Source of the DNA: Eledone cirrhosa
Lineage: Eukaryota
Length of the DNA stretch: 64,000 bases
Assembly: GCA_964016885.1 (NCBI GenBank)
Contig: OZ024743.1
Span: 255,254,001 to 255,318,000, forward strand
Direction of reading: 5' to 3'
Part shown: positions 1 to 13,481 of the stretch, in pieces
Position numbering within the stretch: position 1 is the stretch's first letter
Layout: every line of letters begins with the position of its first letter
Program-made: the position numbers and the translations under genes
The notes under the pieces: generated by a model
The model's input: only the letters and a program-made list of their open reading frames with translations
What the model was told of the DNA's origin: nothing
Database searches by the model: none

Positions 1-432
1 GCTACTTATTGCACCACAGCACCGGCCACATATAAAATCTATATTCTTTGTTAGCTTACCTGTGATCCCACTACATCTTTTATGCACCCATATTTTGCAT
101 TTGGGATATAAAATGGAGTTTCTGCCTACTCCTTTCCTACACATTGAGCATGGCCATTTCCCAGATGGGACCAGTGCCCTATTCTCCTTCCTACATATTA
201 GGACTTTAGTCTTAGACATGTTAACTTTAAGGCCTTTTGATTCTAGGCCATGCTTCCAGTTCAGCCATTGATTCAGCTATGAGCGTTAGATCATCTGCGT
301 ATAGAGGTTCCCATTGGCAGCCGGTCTTGAACTCCTCCATTATAGCTTGGAGGGCGATAATAAATAGAAGGGGGCTAAGGACGGAGCCCTGATGAACACC
401 AACTTTTAAGGTAAACTCTTCACTATATTCGT
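1..432 (-). mobile_element. RTE-clade LINE reverse transcriptase fragment (5'-truncated at a TA microsatellite, runs off the window)
   Basis: Translates to [26 protein letters not shown]...LYADDL, close to the RT ORF at 32318-33976. Confidence 0.9.
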
Positions 433-453
433 TGTATATATATATGTATATAT

Positions 454-534
<81 letters not shown>

Positions 535-587
535 CATGTATATATATTATATATATATGTATATATATATATATGTATATATATATG

Positions 588-639
<52 letters not shown>

Positions 640-720
640 AGTATGTACACGTACATACATATATGTATACAGACGTACAGTAGTATGTATATATATATAC
701 ATACATGCACACATATATAT
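433..720. repeat. (TA)n / (TATG)n microsatellite
   Basis: Direct reading; similar tracts at ~1240-1460, 13388-13478, 51975-52148, 60560-61140 and elsewhere. Confidence 0.95.
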
Positions 721-1165
721 ATGTACGTTTGGATTCACCGAACATTCATTATAATGCTCGGTGTGTTTGTAAACAAACATCCCGTATTAAGCCGCAGTGT
801 CTAGCAACCATTGTTGCTCGTTTGTTCAACACTGACAAAGGAACGCTGTACTAGTTTCAAGCTTATTAGCTATCGTCAGCAACGTATACCTTCCTGCCAG
901 ATTGTTGAACGTATATACTTACCTTATGCATATTAATGGCTGAGTAGCCCAATTTGCATATCGAGTGGGTTAATCGGCCGGGTGCACCGAAAACGATAAA
1001 CGGAAAAAATGAAACGAAATTTCATTTCATATGTGTGCATGTATGTATATATATATACATACTACTGTACGTCTGTATACATATATGTACGTACGTGTAC
1101 ATACTTATATTTAAGTAACAGCCGTACTAAGAGTGGGAAATGAAATTTCGTTTCATTTTTTCCGT
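635..1165. repeat. Interlocked inverted repeats (635-716/1029-1110 and 1000-1028/1137-1165) around the hammerhead; probable Penelope-like remnant
   Basis: Arms are reverse complements by direct comparison; the 29-bp pair is exact. Confidence 0.7.
843..885 (-). ncRNA. Minimal type-I hammerhead ribozyme (Penelope-type)
   Basis: Minus strand: acgttg-CTGACGA-t-agct-aata-agct-t-GAAA-CTAG-TA-cagcgt; 6-bp stem I, stem II, palindromic stem III ACTAGT, GUA cleavage triplet. Confidence 0.8.
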
Positions 1166-1289
1166 GGATATATATATATATACTTGTATAGCGTGGAAGA
1201 ACGGACGTAAAACGGTGATGATGATGATGACACTTATATATATATATATACATACTTATATATATATATATACATACTTATATATAAAT

Positions 1290-1340
<51 letters not shown>

Positions 1341-1348
1341 AAAATATA

Positions 1349-2033
<685 letters not shown>

Positions 2034-3691
2034 TTTTAAAGTGCCCAGGAAAACTATTTCCTTTGAGCTCATTTAATTACAGGATTATACGCAAGTCTTT
2101 TGCTCCTTTATTTTTACTTGATATATATATATATATATTTATATAGATATATATATACATATCATAATCATTATCGTTTAACATCTATTTTCCATGGGTT
2201 AGACAGGTTGTCTCGCTCGTATGTTCCAATTTGGGTCTTGGTTTCTACAGCTGTAATATCAACTACTATACAATGTGAACAGGGATAATTTTTTTGTGGC
2301 TTCTGCCGAATAATATTTTCACTCCATTTTCTTTTCTTATTCTTGTCTATCCTCCTATTTCTTCTATCTCTCATTCTTTCTTCCAAAGACTTCCAAAGAC
2401 TTCTCTCTTACATACATATGCTGCACGCGCACACATATACATATGTAAATACATATTGTTTGCGTGTGTTTGTGCCTTTGTGTATTTATATATATGTATA
2501 TAAATATAACATATAAAATATAACTATCAAAAAGATGAGTAAAAATCAACCAGTAGGATTGAATGAAAACGGCCCCACAAAATTGATTCTAGTTTATACT
2601 GAATCCATATGTCCATTGGGCATTGGAGAAGCAACATCAAAACCTGCCCAGGACATATCCCACTTTGAACAAAACATTACACAAAAACTGTCTGATGAGG
2701 TCATATCGATTGCATAATAGATACTGGAATATATATAACAGTAACAAAGTAACCAATAAAAGGATATAAGATTCAAGCACCCTGACTCTTTCTTCATTAT
2801 TATATATAGTGAGTGATAGATTGATAAATATATAGATAGACCACAGGTAGTGGTGATAGTGGTGATATGATTGCACCCAGCCACTGGTGTTGATATGATA
2901 AGGTAGGACGGAACCCGAAACCATGTGGTTGGGAAGTGAAATTCTTAACAACACAGATATGCTTGTGTTTTTAATATTTCCATCGTTTATTTTCCAAAAT
3001 ATTTATTCTTACAGACACATCCTGTATGGATAACAGTGATATTTATTGTTTTTGTTGTTTCTTATGTTTATTTAACATTTCATTAGTGTGTGGGTAGAGA
3101 GAGTGAGAGAGAGAAAGAGAGGGATATGAACATTACACATTTTTACAAAGGAATTTATTCAGTTTATCATTTGGTAATTGATGATATCTTCATAAGAATA
3201 TATATTTTATTGCTTATTTTGGTATTTGCATTATAGTATAACAAATCTATTTGGCTTATTCCGAAAGAGTTTCTGGCTTTAAATTTCAGCTCGATTAACC
3301 TATACCCCATATTATTATTATTATTGACATCATCATCATCATTATCATCATCATTATTATTTATATTGTTTTTGATGTTACTGATGTTGCCATTATTGTT
3401 GTTAGTATTGTATTAGTTATCCTTTTATTCATAGAGTGGCATCAAGAGATAGCATTGTTGTCTTTGACATTAGCATTGGTATTTCTAGCTCTTCATATTA
3501 TACAAACACATAATTAAATACACAGATACATGCATACATGTATATATGTAATATGCATGTGTATATATAGAGAGAGAGAAAGAGATAGAGAGAGAGAAAG
3601 AGAGAGAGGGGGAGAAAGAAAGATATGTGTTTATATATATATATTTTTTTATGAATATGTATATTAATACACACACACACACACATATATA

Positions 3692-3733
<42 letters not shown>

Positions 3734-4099
3734 GATACAAAATTCGATTACATTAAAATATCATTTAACATTATTAATCCATGTGACTGGAAATGTTTGA
3801 CTGAATGAAGGAAGTCAGCTTGGTGAACTAAGTAAATATCACTATGTAGTATTGATTCTGATCAATGATATTGTTATCATTGTTATTGATTATAATATTG
3901 TTATCATTGTTAAGTATCTCTATAATACCCCTTTCATGAAATGTAATCCATAATATGGATTGAAGTAGTGTTGGAAGCAATTGTAATTCGACCACAATGA
4001 ACCCTTCCATTACCATATTTCTAATGGAAGGCACTGCCTATGTTATTCAAGTGGTCTTGAAAATATTCCAGAATTTGGAGGGATTTAGTAATGTAATTA

Positions 4100-4500
4100 C
4101 TTTCTTCTTCTCCGCACACCTATTCCTGAGAGGTTCGTGGGTGCAGAGTCCTCAAACACTCTTTCCAGTGGGTCCTGTCAGAAGCTGGATACCCAAGAGT
4201 GACCAGCCAAGCTCATGGATGTTATCCAACCATCTTGCTTGGGGGTCTACCTCTGGGTCTCAGGCCGGTCGATTTTGAGTGTAAAATCTGTCTAGCGATT
4301 CTTTCCTGAGACATTCTAACCACATGCCCACAGTATTGGAGCTGTGATATCACAATTTGGAGAAGTAGCGGCTCTACCTTGAGTGACTCTCTGATCTCTG
4401 AGCTATGCACTTTATCAAGTAATGTTACTCCAAAACACTTTGTAGGAATTCCATTCTGGCCATTTGTAAGCGTGATCATATTCCTCCGGTCATTACCCAG
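4100..4500 (-). mobile_element. Degenerate RTE (Expander-like) LINE 3' fragment
   Basis: KVHSSEIRESLKVEPLLL...SQLQYCGHVVRM...RPRGRP C-terminal motif; related pieces at 14040-15840, 18860-18990 and 53940-54210. Confidence 0.75.
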
Positions 4501-4527
4501 TATAACTACCATTTCCATAATTAAGGG

Positions 4528-4917
4528 AAGTGGATTGGCAGTATTGATAGAGCATGCTTTGCAGTATATAGTTACATCCCTTTACATTCTGATATGTATC
4601 CCACCGAGTTTAGCTTTGCCTTTCATCCTCTTGGGCTTGATAAAGTAAAATACCAGTAACACTCTGGAGTTGATTTAATCGAAATTCCCCTCCCCTCAAA
4701 ATTGTTGGCTTTGTGCCTAAATCAGAAACCATTGGATTGGCAGTATCGTTAGAGGGTCGGACGCCATGCTTTCCAGCATAGTTACGTACCTTTACGATCT
4801 GAGTTCAAATCACGCCGAGGTTGACTTTGCCTTTCATCCTTACGGGGTCGATAAAATAAAGTACCAGTAATGCACTGGGTAATTGCTAGCCTTGTGCCTA
4901 AAGTAGAAACAATTATT
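4528..4917 (+). mobile_element. Two tandem tRNA-derived SINEs, family 1 (Meta/MESC-like core)
   Basis: A-box-like tggcagtatcg, B-box gagttcaaatc, core gcctttcatccttacggggtcgataaaataaagtaccag, tail ccttgtgcctaaa...attatt. Confidence 0.8.
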
Positions 4918-5129
4918 AAACTAGTGTTTGGATAATTTAACAAAGATCTTTCTATAAAACTATGATGAAATGTTTACAGATAAATATTAGCTGGTTTAGC
5001 AATAGCATCGTCATCTGCTACAAGGCAAAGGTGATGCTCTATATAGAGAAAACAACCAAGACATCAAACTGATGGACCAGGTCATGAAATTTACAGAAAG
5101 AATCATGGTACAACTGATTAGGGATTGAA

Positions 5130-5310
5130 TTAACCTAGCTGTAAATGTGGTTGGCATTAGGAAGAGCATCCAGCCATAGAAACCAAGCCCCAAACAGTTA
5201 TGTATGAGCAAGACATGGTCATTTCATCTGACTTGTCTCAGTGGGACTATTAATCTAATCCATGCTAGCATTGGAAAATGAATGTTAAACAGTGATGATG
5301 ATGATGATAA
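5130..5310 (+). mobile_element. Non-autonomous bipartite RTE derivative
   Basis: ggcattaggaagagcatccagcc module followed by RTE 3' end ccatgctagcat..(GAT)n; further copies at ~21060-21345, 21925-22065, 26865-27130, 38870-39035, 47955-48300, 50205-50390. Confidence 0.75.
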
Positions 5311-5374
5311 ATATCTCAACCCATTCGTAACCATGTTTTTTATATACTAAGTATTTCATTATTGTATATAGAAG

Positions 5375-5562
5375 GGCGGTGAATTGGCAGTATCGGTAGA
5401 GGGTCGGGCGTCATGCTTTGCAGCATAGTTACGTCCCTTTACGGACTGAGTTCAAATCCCGCCGAGGTTAACTTTGCCATTCATCCTTACGGGGGTCGAT
5501 AAAATAAAGTACCAGTAATGTACTAAAATTGCTGGCCTTGTGCCAAAAGTAGAAACAATTAT
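5375..5562 (+). mobile_element. tRNA-derived SINE, family 1 (well-preserved copy)
   Basis: Same head, core and tail as 4733-4917; decayed copies at ~8170-8366, 23975-24205, 31960-32070, 47085-47290, 53540-53720. Confidence 0.85.
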
Positions 5563-5899
5563 TGTGTTTAGAACTGGTGTTTAGAACATAAAGTTTCTTA
5601 CACAAATTTCTAATGGAAGATTTTTTTACATAAGTTTCCATACTTTAAAATAAACAGCTAAGTGTATCATGGAACCAGGGTTAGTTTCAAGCAGTTGGTT
5701 ATCAAAAGGGTTAACATAAACAATAAATGATAGGGCAGAAACTTCTTGATCAGTACAAACTTGTGGGGTCCAAGTTAAACCAAAGCAATGTGAATAATAA
5801 TAATAAAGATTTAATGATATAAAGTAGAAATGATTATTTTAATTTTTTTATTTTAATTTTTTCCATGGTGGAGATGACAGTGCCCAACACCCTTTTTAG

Positions 5900-6097
5900 A
5901 GCCTTCTTAAACCAGAGACCTGGTCGAAGACCCACCACCCCACTCTTCAGTCAATGATAAACATGGGTTTTCACCTGGACAATTATTTTCGAAGAATAAA
6001 ACCTGGGCAACGTTATGTTTTTGTGGAAAAACAGCTGCGAGCCATGTATGTCAGAGTCATCTATCTATTCCACAAATGTTGCACACTGTCATTGCAG
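5900..6097 (+). CDS. Candidate internal coding exon of an unidentified host gene
   Basis: Non-repetitive; ctttttAG acceptor at 5898-5899, open frame SLLKPETWSKTHHPTLQSMINMGFHLDNYFRRIKPGQRYVFVEKQLRAM..., CAG|GTAAG donor (alternative donor AT|GTATGT near 6045); no protein family recognised. Confidence 0.3.
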
Positions 6098-7732
6098 GTA
6101 AGCTCAGAATATAAAAGGCCAAAAATGGTACCACTAGGTATCATATTAAATCATTTTGTAAATAATCAAGAATTTGGAGGGATTTAGTACCATAAAGTAT
6201 CTTTATCATTTTAAGCTGGTGTTTGGAACATAATTTTACAAAGGTTCTTTCATGAAATTACGATGGAAGGATTTAAGATAAATATAAACATTGAAACAAA
6301 TAAATCTGCTCCAATTTGATTATACATAAGGCAATTAACATCATCCTCCAGCTTCTTACAGATACTATAGCAAAACAACGCTTGAAAGTGGATTCTAAAT
6401 TTTAAATTTAAACCAAATGTCAAAGTGACAAGACTGGAACATTTGGCTCAGAGAGTTCCCTACACTCTATGGAAAAGATATTAGGATGAAAACAAAAATT
6501 AAAAAAAGATAATGTAATGAATGCCAAGCAGCATAAATCTTTTCGTTGCTTTCATTTAAACTAAATTTTATAATCCATTTCTCATTGTCTTAGCCTTCTT
6601 AAAACAACATTTTCTACATCATATACTATAGACAATGCTTCAAGTAAACTACAACATTCTATTAAACAGATTCATATCTTAGAAACAGGAAGGGGATTCA
6701 AGAGAGTTGGTATGAAAAGTGTTAAGTACATTGTATCCCTATACTATATAATTAGTGTAAGCCATAACCATTACTATCCATATCAGAAGATCCTATTATT
6801 ATATTAACAGAGATATTATTGACTATACATGTTGTTGATGTTATCAACAAGTACTAATGCAGAAAAAGATGTGGTGTACCCCCTCATATGATGATATGAA
6901 TCTAACGCTAACACTTATTTCAGATTAGAAATATCGAAAAAATATTTTAAATGAATCTTTAAAAAAAAAGGTTTTCTTCAATCAACATCTGAGAATCAAA
7001 CATTTTTGTTACTGTTTGGCTGCTGTTTTTGTGGTTGCTATTGCTCTTGTTGTTAGTGGTGGTGATGGTGTTGCTGTTTTTTTAAATTTTAATGTTGTTT
7101 GTTTATTTTTTGTTTTATGTTTTTTTATTAATGTTGTGACTTGATGCAATGCATGTTGCATTACATTAGTCTCCAGATAAAGAAGGGAAAAGGTAAACGA
7201 AATATTAGGGAAGGAGAGTGTTTTACGAGGCTGTGAAGTGGGGGGGGGGGGGGGCTTCTATATTTCTTTTTCATTTTGTCCAACCCTTGCTAGCATGGAA
7301 AGCAAGTGCAAAATGGTGATGATGATGATGATGGTTGAGCTGTAATAGAGATATATTGTTCAAAATAGGTTGGGTGACAAAGAAGAGATATATTGTTCAG
7401 AGAGAGGCCAAAGAAGAGATATATTGTTCAGAGAGAAGAAGAAATATGGTTGGTTCAACCATAGATGATATCATGATGTTAAAGATTACAGTCCCAGATA
7501 ATTTTCTTTGTTTTGTTTTATGTTTAATGATAGATGATATCATGATGATAAAGATTACAGTCCCAGATAATTTTCTTTTTTTTGTTTAAAGGGGAAAAAG
7601 CATTACTTGTTATTATTGTTTGCTGTTACCATGATGATATTGGTGATGGTGGTGAGGATAATATCAACCAATAAAGGGTCTTCACCACCTTTTAACCTTT
7701 TTGGCTTTGAGCACATAAAGGTCAAATAGACA

Positions 7733-7767
<35 letters not shown>

Positions 7768-9350
7768 TTATAATCTTAATGATTTCAATGAAAATAAAAA
7801 TAATGATGGTGAAGATGTTATCACTATTGTTGAAAAAGAGGAAATACTTTGTTGGATAATTGATGCAATACCACTGGGGGATAACAGAGTATGTGGGAAG
7901 GAAAAAATATTGAGTCGTACCAAAACTTGAAGAGGGAGAGCTATACGTGGTAGGGAACATAAAAAAAGGTTTAGGTCATATCAGTAGTAATGGTTACCTT
8001 GGGGCTCAATAATAACTAAGATAAATGAAAACAAAAAAAACATGGATTGGGAAATTTGGAATTGTTATCTTCTTCAGAAGATGGTATTATGAGGAACAGC
8101 AATGTATCTGAGGAAGGCTTCTGGAGATATAGAATGTTATTGTAAATGTTTGTGAAGCATTGCTACTGAGGGACAGTGAATTGGCATCAGAGAAAAGACT
8201 TTGTGGTATTTGTATACAACTTCCTACATTCTGAGTTCAAATCCTGCTGAGATTAATTTTGCTTTCACCCTTCTGGGGTTGATAAAATAAAGACCAGCCA
8301 TGTACTGGAGTAGATGCAATTGGTTTTCCCTTCCCCAAAAATGTCCTAAATTAGAAAGCATTATTATGCATAGCTGAAGAGTGGTGAATTCAAACCATCC
8401 ATTTATTAATAACACTTTCCTGATTTCTTGTCAATCTGTCACCCTACCAAGAAGTGGATGATACCTCTCAAGAGAAGCTGAGCCTTATAAAATACTGAGA
8501 TAAAATTATTTTTTATTTAGTTGAACTTATTTGGATTTCATTTAAATCTTTCCTTAGCTTGATAACATCTATGGTCACCAGGTGTACAGTCATTAGAAGT
8601 AACACATTTCGGTAACTTGGAGATACAGGCTCTTAACCGTCAAGACTTTCCTGTACCCAATATCTTGTGAAGTTTTTAGCCATTGGTTAATGGCTGAACA
8701 CATCTACTGTGATTGTACATCCACCATTATACTTCCCTTGGCTTCACCTGTAACTGAGTGGCAGCTGAGTATGGGTTCCTGGCCTTTGCAAACAATAAGC
8801 CATATTAGGACCATGACAGCATATTTCCTTATTAGCTGCTAGCCCCTATATTTAAAAATCATTCCACTATCCACAACCTAAGGAGCCACAGCTAAAGGTT
8901 CTTCTGAGTCTACCAGGCATTCCCCCCCCCCCTCTCTCTCTAACTTTAGTACTTCTCTATAACTTTTAATAGTATTTGATGAATTAAGAGAAATGAACAT
9001 TACAAAAAACAAAAGAAGAAAATTGCAAAATAGCAATCAGTTAAGCCTATCTGGCTGGAAGAACTGGATATGAGATATGAAAATAGCATGAGAAAAGAAA
9101 AAGTATAAGTAAAAAGAAAAAAGAAAGCATAATAAAAATTCGATAAATTGAAATAATGTCAACGTTTACAAGAAGTAGACATCATTATAAAGATATTACA
9201 GTTATAGCAGGAGGAATTCTAACTCATTATTCTCTTGAATATTGCTGTAACATTTTTATCTCATATTTAAATAAGGTTACTTAATCCTCATATCATTGCT
9301 GCAAGCTGTCAATTTCCTACCATGCATGCAGCAGTTCCATGTATATTAAC

Positions 9351-9404
<54 letters not shown>

Positions 9405-9504
9405 TATATTATATTAGTTTAAAGAAGATCCCGTTAAGGGTGAAATCAGCGATTCTTTGTTTACACTTTAATCTGTTATATTTTAAATATATATATATAT
9501 TTGT

Positions 9505-9720
9505 GAAGGCGTGTGGCTGAGTGGTTAGAGAATTGGATTCGCAATCGTAAGGTTGTGAGTTCGATTCCTGGACCAGGCGATGCGTTATGTCCTTGAGCAA
9601 GACTCTTTATTTCACGTTGCTCCTTCTACCTGGAGTTGCGACCGATAGATAGTATTAGCAATTGGAAAGACCAACGGAAACATTGTTCCATCGGTCCGAT
9701 TTGACGAAAGTCGATCGTTC
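9505..9720 (+). mobile_element. tRNA-derived SINE, family 2
   Basis: A box tggctgagtgg, B box gagttcgattcc, core gtccttgagcaagac..tttatttcacgttgctcc; relatives at ~18610-18725, 39060-39197 (-), 49035-49330. Confidence 0.8.
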
Positions 9721-9751
9721 CTTATATATATATATTTATAATATAACAGAT

Positions 9752-9787
<36 letters not shown>

Positions 9788-9795
9788 TATAAATA

Positions 9796-10465
9796 TATCA
9801 TCATCATCATCATCGTTTAACGTCCATCTTCCACGCTAGCATGGGTCTGGACGGTAATTGTCCCACTTGAGGCAAGATTGGTTGTCTTGCTCAGGACTGT
9901 CTGGCGTGTTTTCTACGGATGGATACCCTTCCTAACACCAACCACGTTTACAGTGTGGACTGGGAGGTTTTTACCGTGTTACCTACACGGCACATTACAG
10001 CGTAGACTGTGTTTCTTTTGTCGTGACACCTACACGACCTCATTTATTTAGAACTGGATGTTGTGGTACCAACATAGCTTTACATCGAAAGGGGTGGTGT
10101 AGATGGCGTTGGGGGTAGGGGTATTTTGGTTAAGAGGTGCCTACTGATTGTAGGTTTAGCTTTGTACTTAGGCAAGGGCGGTTTTCTGTATTACTACGTA
10201 GCGCCAAAGATCTCGGTTCAGTGACATTGTCTTGGAAAGGTGTAAGTGTGTGTGGTCAGATTTTATCAAGTCGTCCCAGGTTTTTCTGGGTCTGCCTACT
10301 CCGTAGCTACCGTCTATTTTGGTCGCCCTGCACTTTTTTATACAGCTGTCATCTTTCATGTGCATCACGTGACCATACCAACGTAGTCTTCTCTCGAGTA
10401 AACAACATCTGATCCCTCTTATTCCTAATTTCTCACTTAGTTCATTTATGCTTTGCCGTTTGCGT
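9796..10465 (-). mobile_element. RTE LINE 3' fragment (family A, long 3' UTR)
   Basis: MKDDSCIKKCRA..DGSYGVGRPRKTWDD matches the C-terminus of ORF 32318-33976; ends in a (GAT)n tail. Confidence 0.85.
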
Positions 10466-10534
10466 AGAGAGAGAGAGAAACAAAAAAGGAAAAAAATATA
10501 ATATTCTACCTAATAATTGTCTCTTTCTCCCTGT

Positions 10535-10579
<45 letters not shown>

Positions 10580-10731
10580 CATATATATATATATATGTCT
10601 TTGAGCATGGTTTTGGGTTAATGATATGCATGTGTGTATATATATATGTGTATATGTATATATGTATATATATGTATGTGGAAGAATAAGAAATATGAGA
10701 GCAGACTGTTACAACATGATTATTTAAAACA

Positions 10732-10771
10732 GCACCTACGTACGTTTCGCCCGGATTGGCTTCTCAAGGGC
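10732..10771 (-). ncRNA. Hammerhead ribozyme variant with a U3-A8 core
   Basis: gccc-TTGAGAA-gcc-aatccg-ggc-GAAA-CGTACG-TA-ggtgc; palindromic stem III ACGTACGT; imperfect stem I. Confidence 0.65.
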
Positions 10772-11736
10772 ATAAATAACTAAAAAGTGTTCCTTACATG
10801 GCGCGGAAAGTGTTTTTTGGAGATAAGTTCACGTCAGAGTTCATTCTTCGCAAAAAAGCGTGTTTTGATTTTGCAGTAGGTCAAGGGAGGTAACTCTTGC
10901 CGGTGTTGGGGCAGTCTTTCCCGGACACATTTTTTATCCGTTACAAGATGTGGTTACAACCTTACCATTGTCGATACGCACAGGGTCAGATATGCAACGT
11001 TTGTTTTGAGACGTTTGTTAGCTGCACCTGTCCGCTTGGGTCATTTGAAGCCGGGTCTGGGATGCATGGTTAGTTTCCGGATGTTTTTTGTAGCGCCTGC
11101 TCGCCGGGGTGTTAAAGCTTGTCGCAGGGAGACCTGGTATACGGTTTCACTCCTCGTCCTTATCCCATCTGAAGAAGGATATTTTTAAGCTATATGTACA
11201 GCTTATCGTCGTTTCAGCTCTGCTGTTGATGAGCTGGTGGGGTGCCGTTATGATGTGGTAGAGCTCCATGAGGGAAAGATCGCACTTCCTCTTGATGTTG
11301 TACGGTGCAACCCTGCCGACAATTTCCCAGTGCGTTGCAATTTCGGTCGCGGTCCCTTCTTATTCCCACGGTAAGGCTATCATTGTTGCTATCTACGTTG
11401 TTACCTACGCTCCCACACCTGTCGTTAGCACCATTATAACCCACTGCGCGCGGGGTGGAACCATTATTATTCTGCAGGTCATGTCCTGCATATTCCCACG
11501 TGCTTACGCTCTGCTAATTTCTCTCGCCCACTAGATATTTACACTTCTAATATTTAACACTGCCGGCACTAGCATTGAGCACCCTTTGCATACGCTATTT
11601 GGCAAATAACTACATGTATCACCTATCCCTCCTTTTCTCTCTCTCGATACGTAAATACTCTATATATATGTATATATATATACAGACATGTATATGTATA
11701 TATATATACATACATGTATACATATATATACACATA

Positions 11737-11772
<36 letters not shown>

Positions 11773-11799
11773 AACGTTTGAATATGTGTAATAAAGCCA

Positions 11800-12520
11800 A
11801 AACAATGCAGATATGGACATAGAAAAAAGAAAGCAATTGTAAAAGATGTTGTTGATAATTCGTCCTTTACCTTGAATTTATTAAAATGTCCTTAATTTTC
11901 GAGATAATATCTCTTCTTCAGAGGGAAATAAAGGTCTCAAACCAGCGCTTTAAATATCTAGCCAAGCCATGCTGACAGGAAATAGTATGGAGTATCTGTT
12001 CTATCTCTAATATCAAAGAATTAAAATTAGGTGGATAAAGAGTAGTCTCCCTTTAAAAGGGGTTTGTTTAGGGTTTTTTTGTTTTTATTTTATATAGATG
12101 CCTGTATAAGTGTGTGGGAGAATGCATGAAAGTGTAGGTATGTGGGTGTGTGTGTGTGAGTGTGGGAAGATAGGTCTATTCGTAAATGTGGGGGGTAGGT
12201 CTTATCTGGTGTTAGAACTGGTTTTGTGTGTGTATGTGTGAGAGAATAAGTGGAGGTGTAAGCGTGTGTGTGTGCGCGTGTGGGGGGGGGGGTAAATAAG
12301 GGGCTAGAGGCCCTATCAGGTTATAAATTGGGTGTTGAGTTCTAGTCTATTATTGATTGGTGGTTGTGTTTTATCTATAATTAGTGCTTCCTTAATTCTA
12401 AGATTGCCGAGGTTTCTTTCCTTAGTTTCTATCCTAACTGTTATGGTTTTATCGGTGTTTTTGCATTTAACTAGGTGTTTCTTAAATGAGGAAGCGTTAG
12501 TATTGAGGTGTTCTTTTATA
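11800..12520 (-). mobile_element. Penelope-like element 3' end (GIY-YIG C-terminus + 3' UTR)
   Basis: IKEHLNTNASSFKKHL...LRIKEALIIDKTQPPINNRLE resembles the C-terminal half of a PLE GIY-YIG endonuclease; hammerhead downstream. Confidence 0.75.
11889..11925 (-). ncRNA. Minimal hammerhead ribozyme downstream of a Penelope endonuclease fragment
   Basis: ccct-CTGAAGA-a-gagat-att-atctc-GAAA-AT-TA-agga; AATT palindrome in place of stem III. Confidence 0.65.
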
Positions 12521-12607
12521 TATATATACATACACATACATATACGTGTTTTGCAACTGGTCACTTTGTGGCTCAATGAAAAATTAATAAATTAAACAAT
12601 CAGAGCT

Positions 12608-13384
12608 ATATATCATAAAACATGTCTATAGAATCACAAGATAAAATATATACTATTTCCTCTCCCAATTAGCATAATTAACTATATAAAAATTCGAATA
12701 GACCAGGCTATACGAATAAGGCTTCTATGAAGGAATCTCCGACAAATAACCGAAACTAGCGCTTCGCGTCGGCCGTAGCGAAATATTTATCGAATATTTC
12801 GACAGCGTAATCGCCTAGATACAGTCAACTAAACAGAATTAGGTTTAAAATAAACTAGGAGAAAATAGAATACATTTAAATACCTCTACCATGGTTTCGT
12901 CCGTGTTTTGAGTTTTCCAATAATTATGTAATAATTATATAAACTCGAGCGATATGTCACGATTTTTAGCCATTTTGAAATGAATTCTTGGCGCGATCGC
13001 TTTGGAAAATTTAATGTTTAGATATGAGCGAGCTTCCTGAAGAATCCGGCGCTCGAGTTTATATAATTATTACATAATTATTTGAAAACTCAAAACACGG
13101 ACGAAACCATGGTAGAGGTATTTAAATGATTCTACTTTCTCCTAGTTTATTTTAAACCTAATTCTGTTTAGTTGACTGTATCTAGGCGATTACGCTGTCG
13201 AAATATTCGATAAATATTCCGCTACGGCCGACGCGAAGCGCTAGTTTCGGTTATTTGTCGGAGATTCCTTCATAGAAGCCTTATTCGTATAGCCTGGTCT
13301 ATTCGATTTTTTATATAGTTAATTATGCTAATTGGCAGTGGAAATAGTATATATTTTATCTTGTGATTCTATAGACATGTTTTA

Positions 13385-13392
<8 letters not shown>
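12608..13392. mobile_element. Fold-back element with ~343-bp inverted arms (12608-12951/13050-13392); probable Penelope-like inverted pLTR
   Basis: Near-exact reverse-complement arms, ~98-bp spacer, TA-repeat flank, contains a hammerhead. Confidence 0.85.
13032..13119 (+). ncRNA. Type-I hammerhead ribozyme with extended stem II
   Basis: gcttc-CTGAAGA-atccg...(gagttt..ataattat..ataattat..aaactc)...cggac-GAAA-CCATGG-TA-gaggt; palindromic stem III ACCATGGT; predicted cut after 13114. Confidence 0.75.

Positions 13393-13481
<89 letters not shown>

Noticed and set aside
6060-6105. Minus-strand peptide LPAMTVCN resembling the DEG/ENaC FPAVTICN motif
   Set aside because: Stop codon follows within a few codons; no supporting splice sites
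8560-8920. Possible remnant of an RLE-type (HERO/NeSL-like) LINE on the minus strand
   Set aside because: Too decayed; no continuous motif could be read
9505-9580. Possible tRNA gene
   Set aside because: A/B boxes run into a repeated SINE body; no complete cloverleaf or terminator evident
11130-11240. Additional hammerhead candidates (ctgaagaaggata; ttgatgagct)
   Set aside because: No correctly placed GAAA, stem III or cleavage site on the same strand
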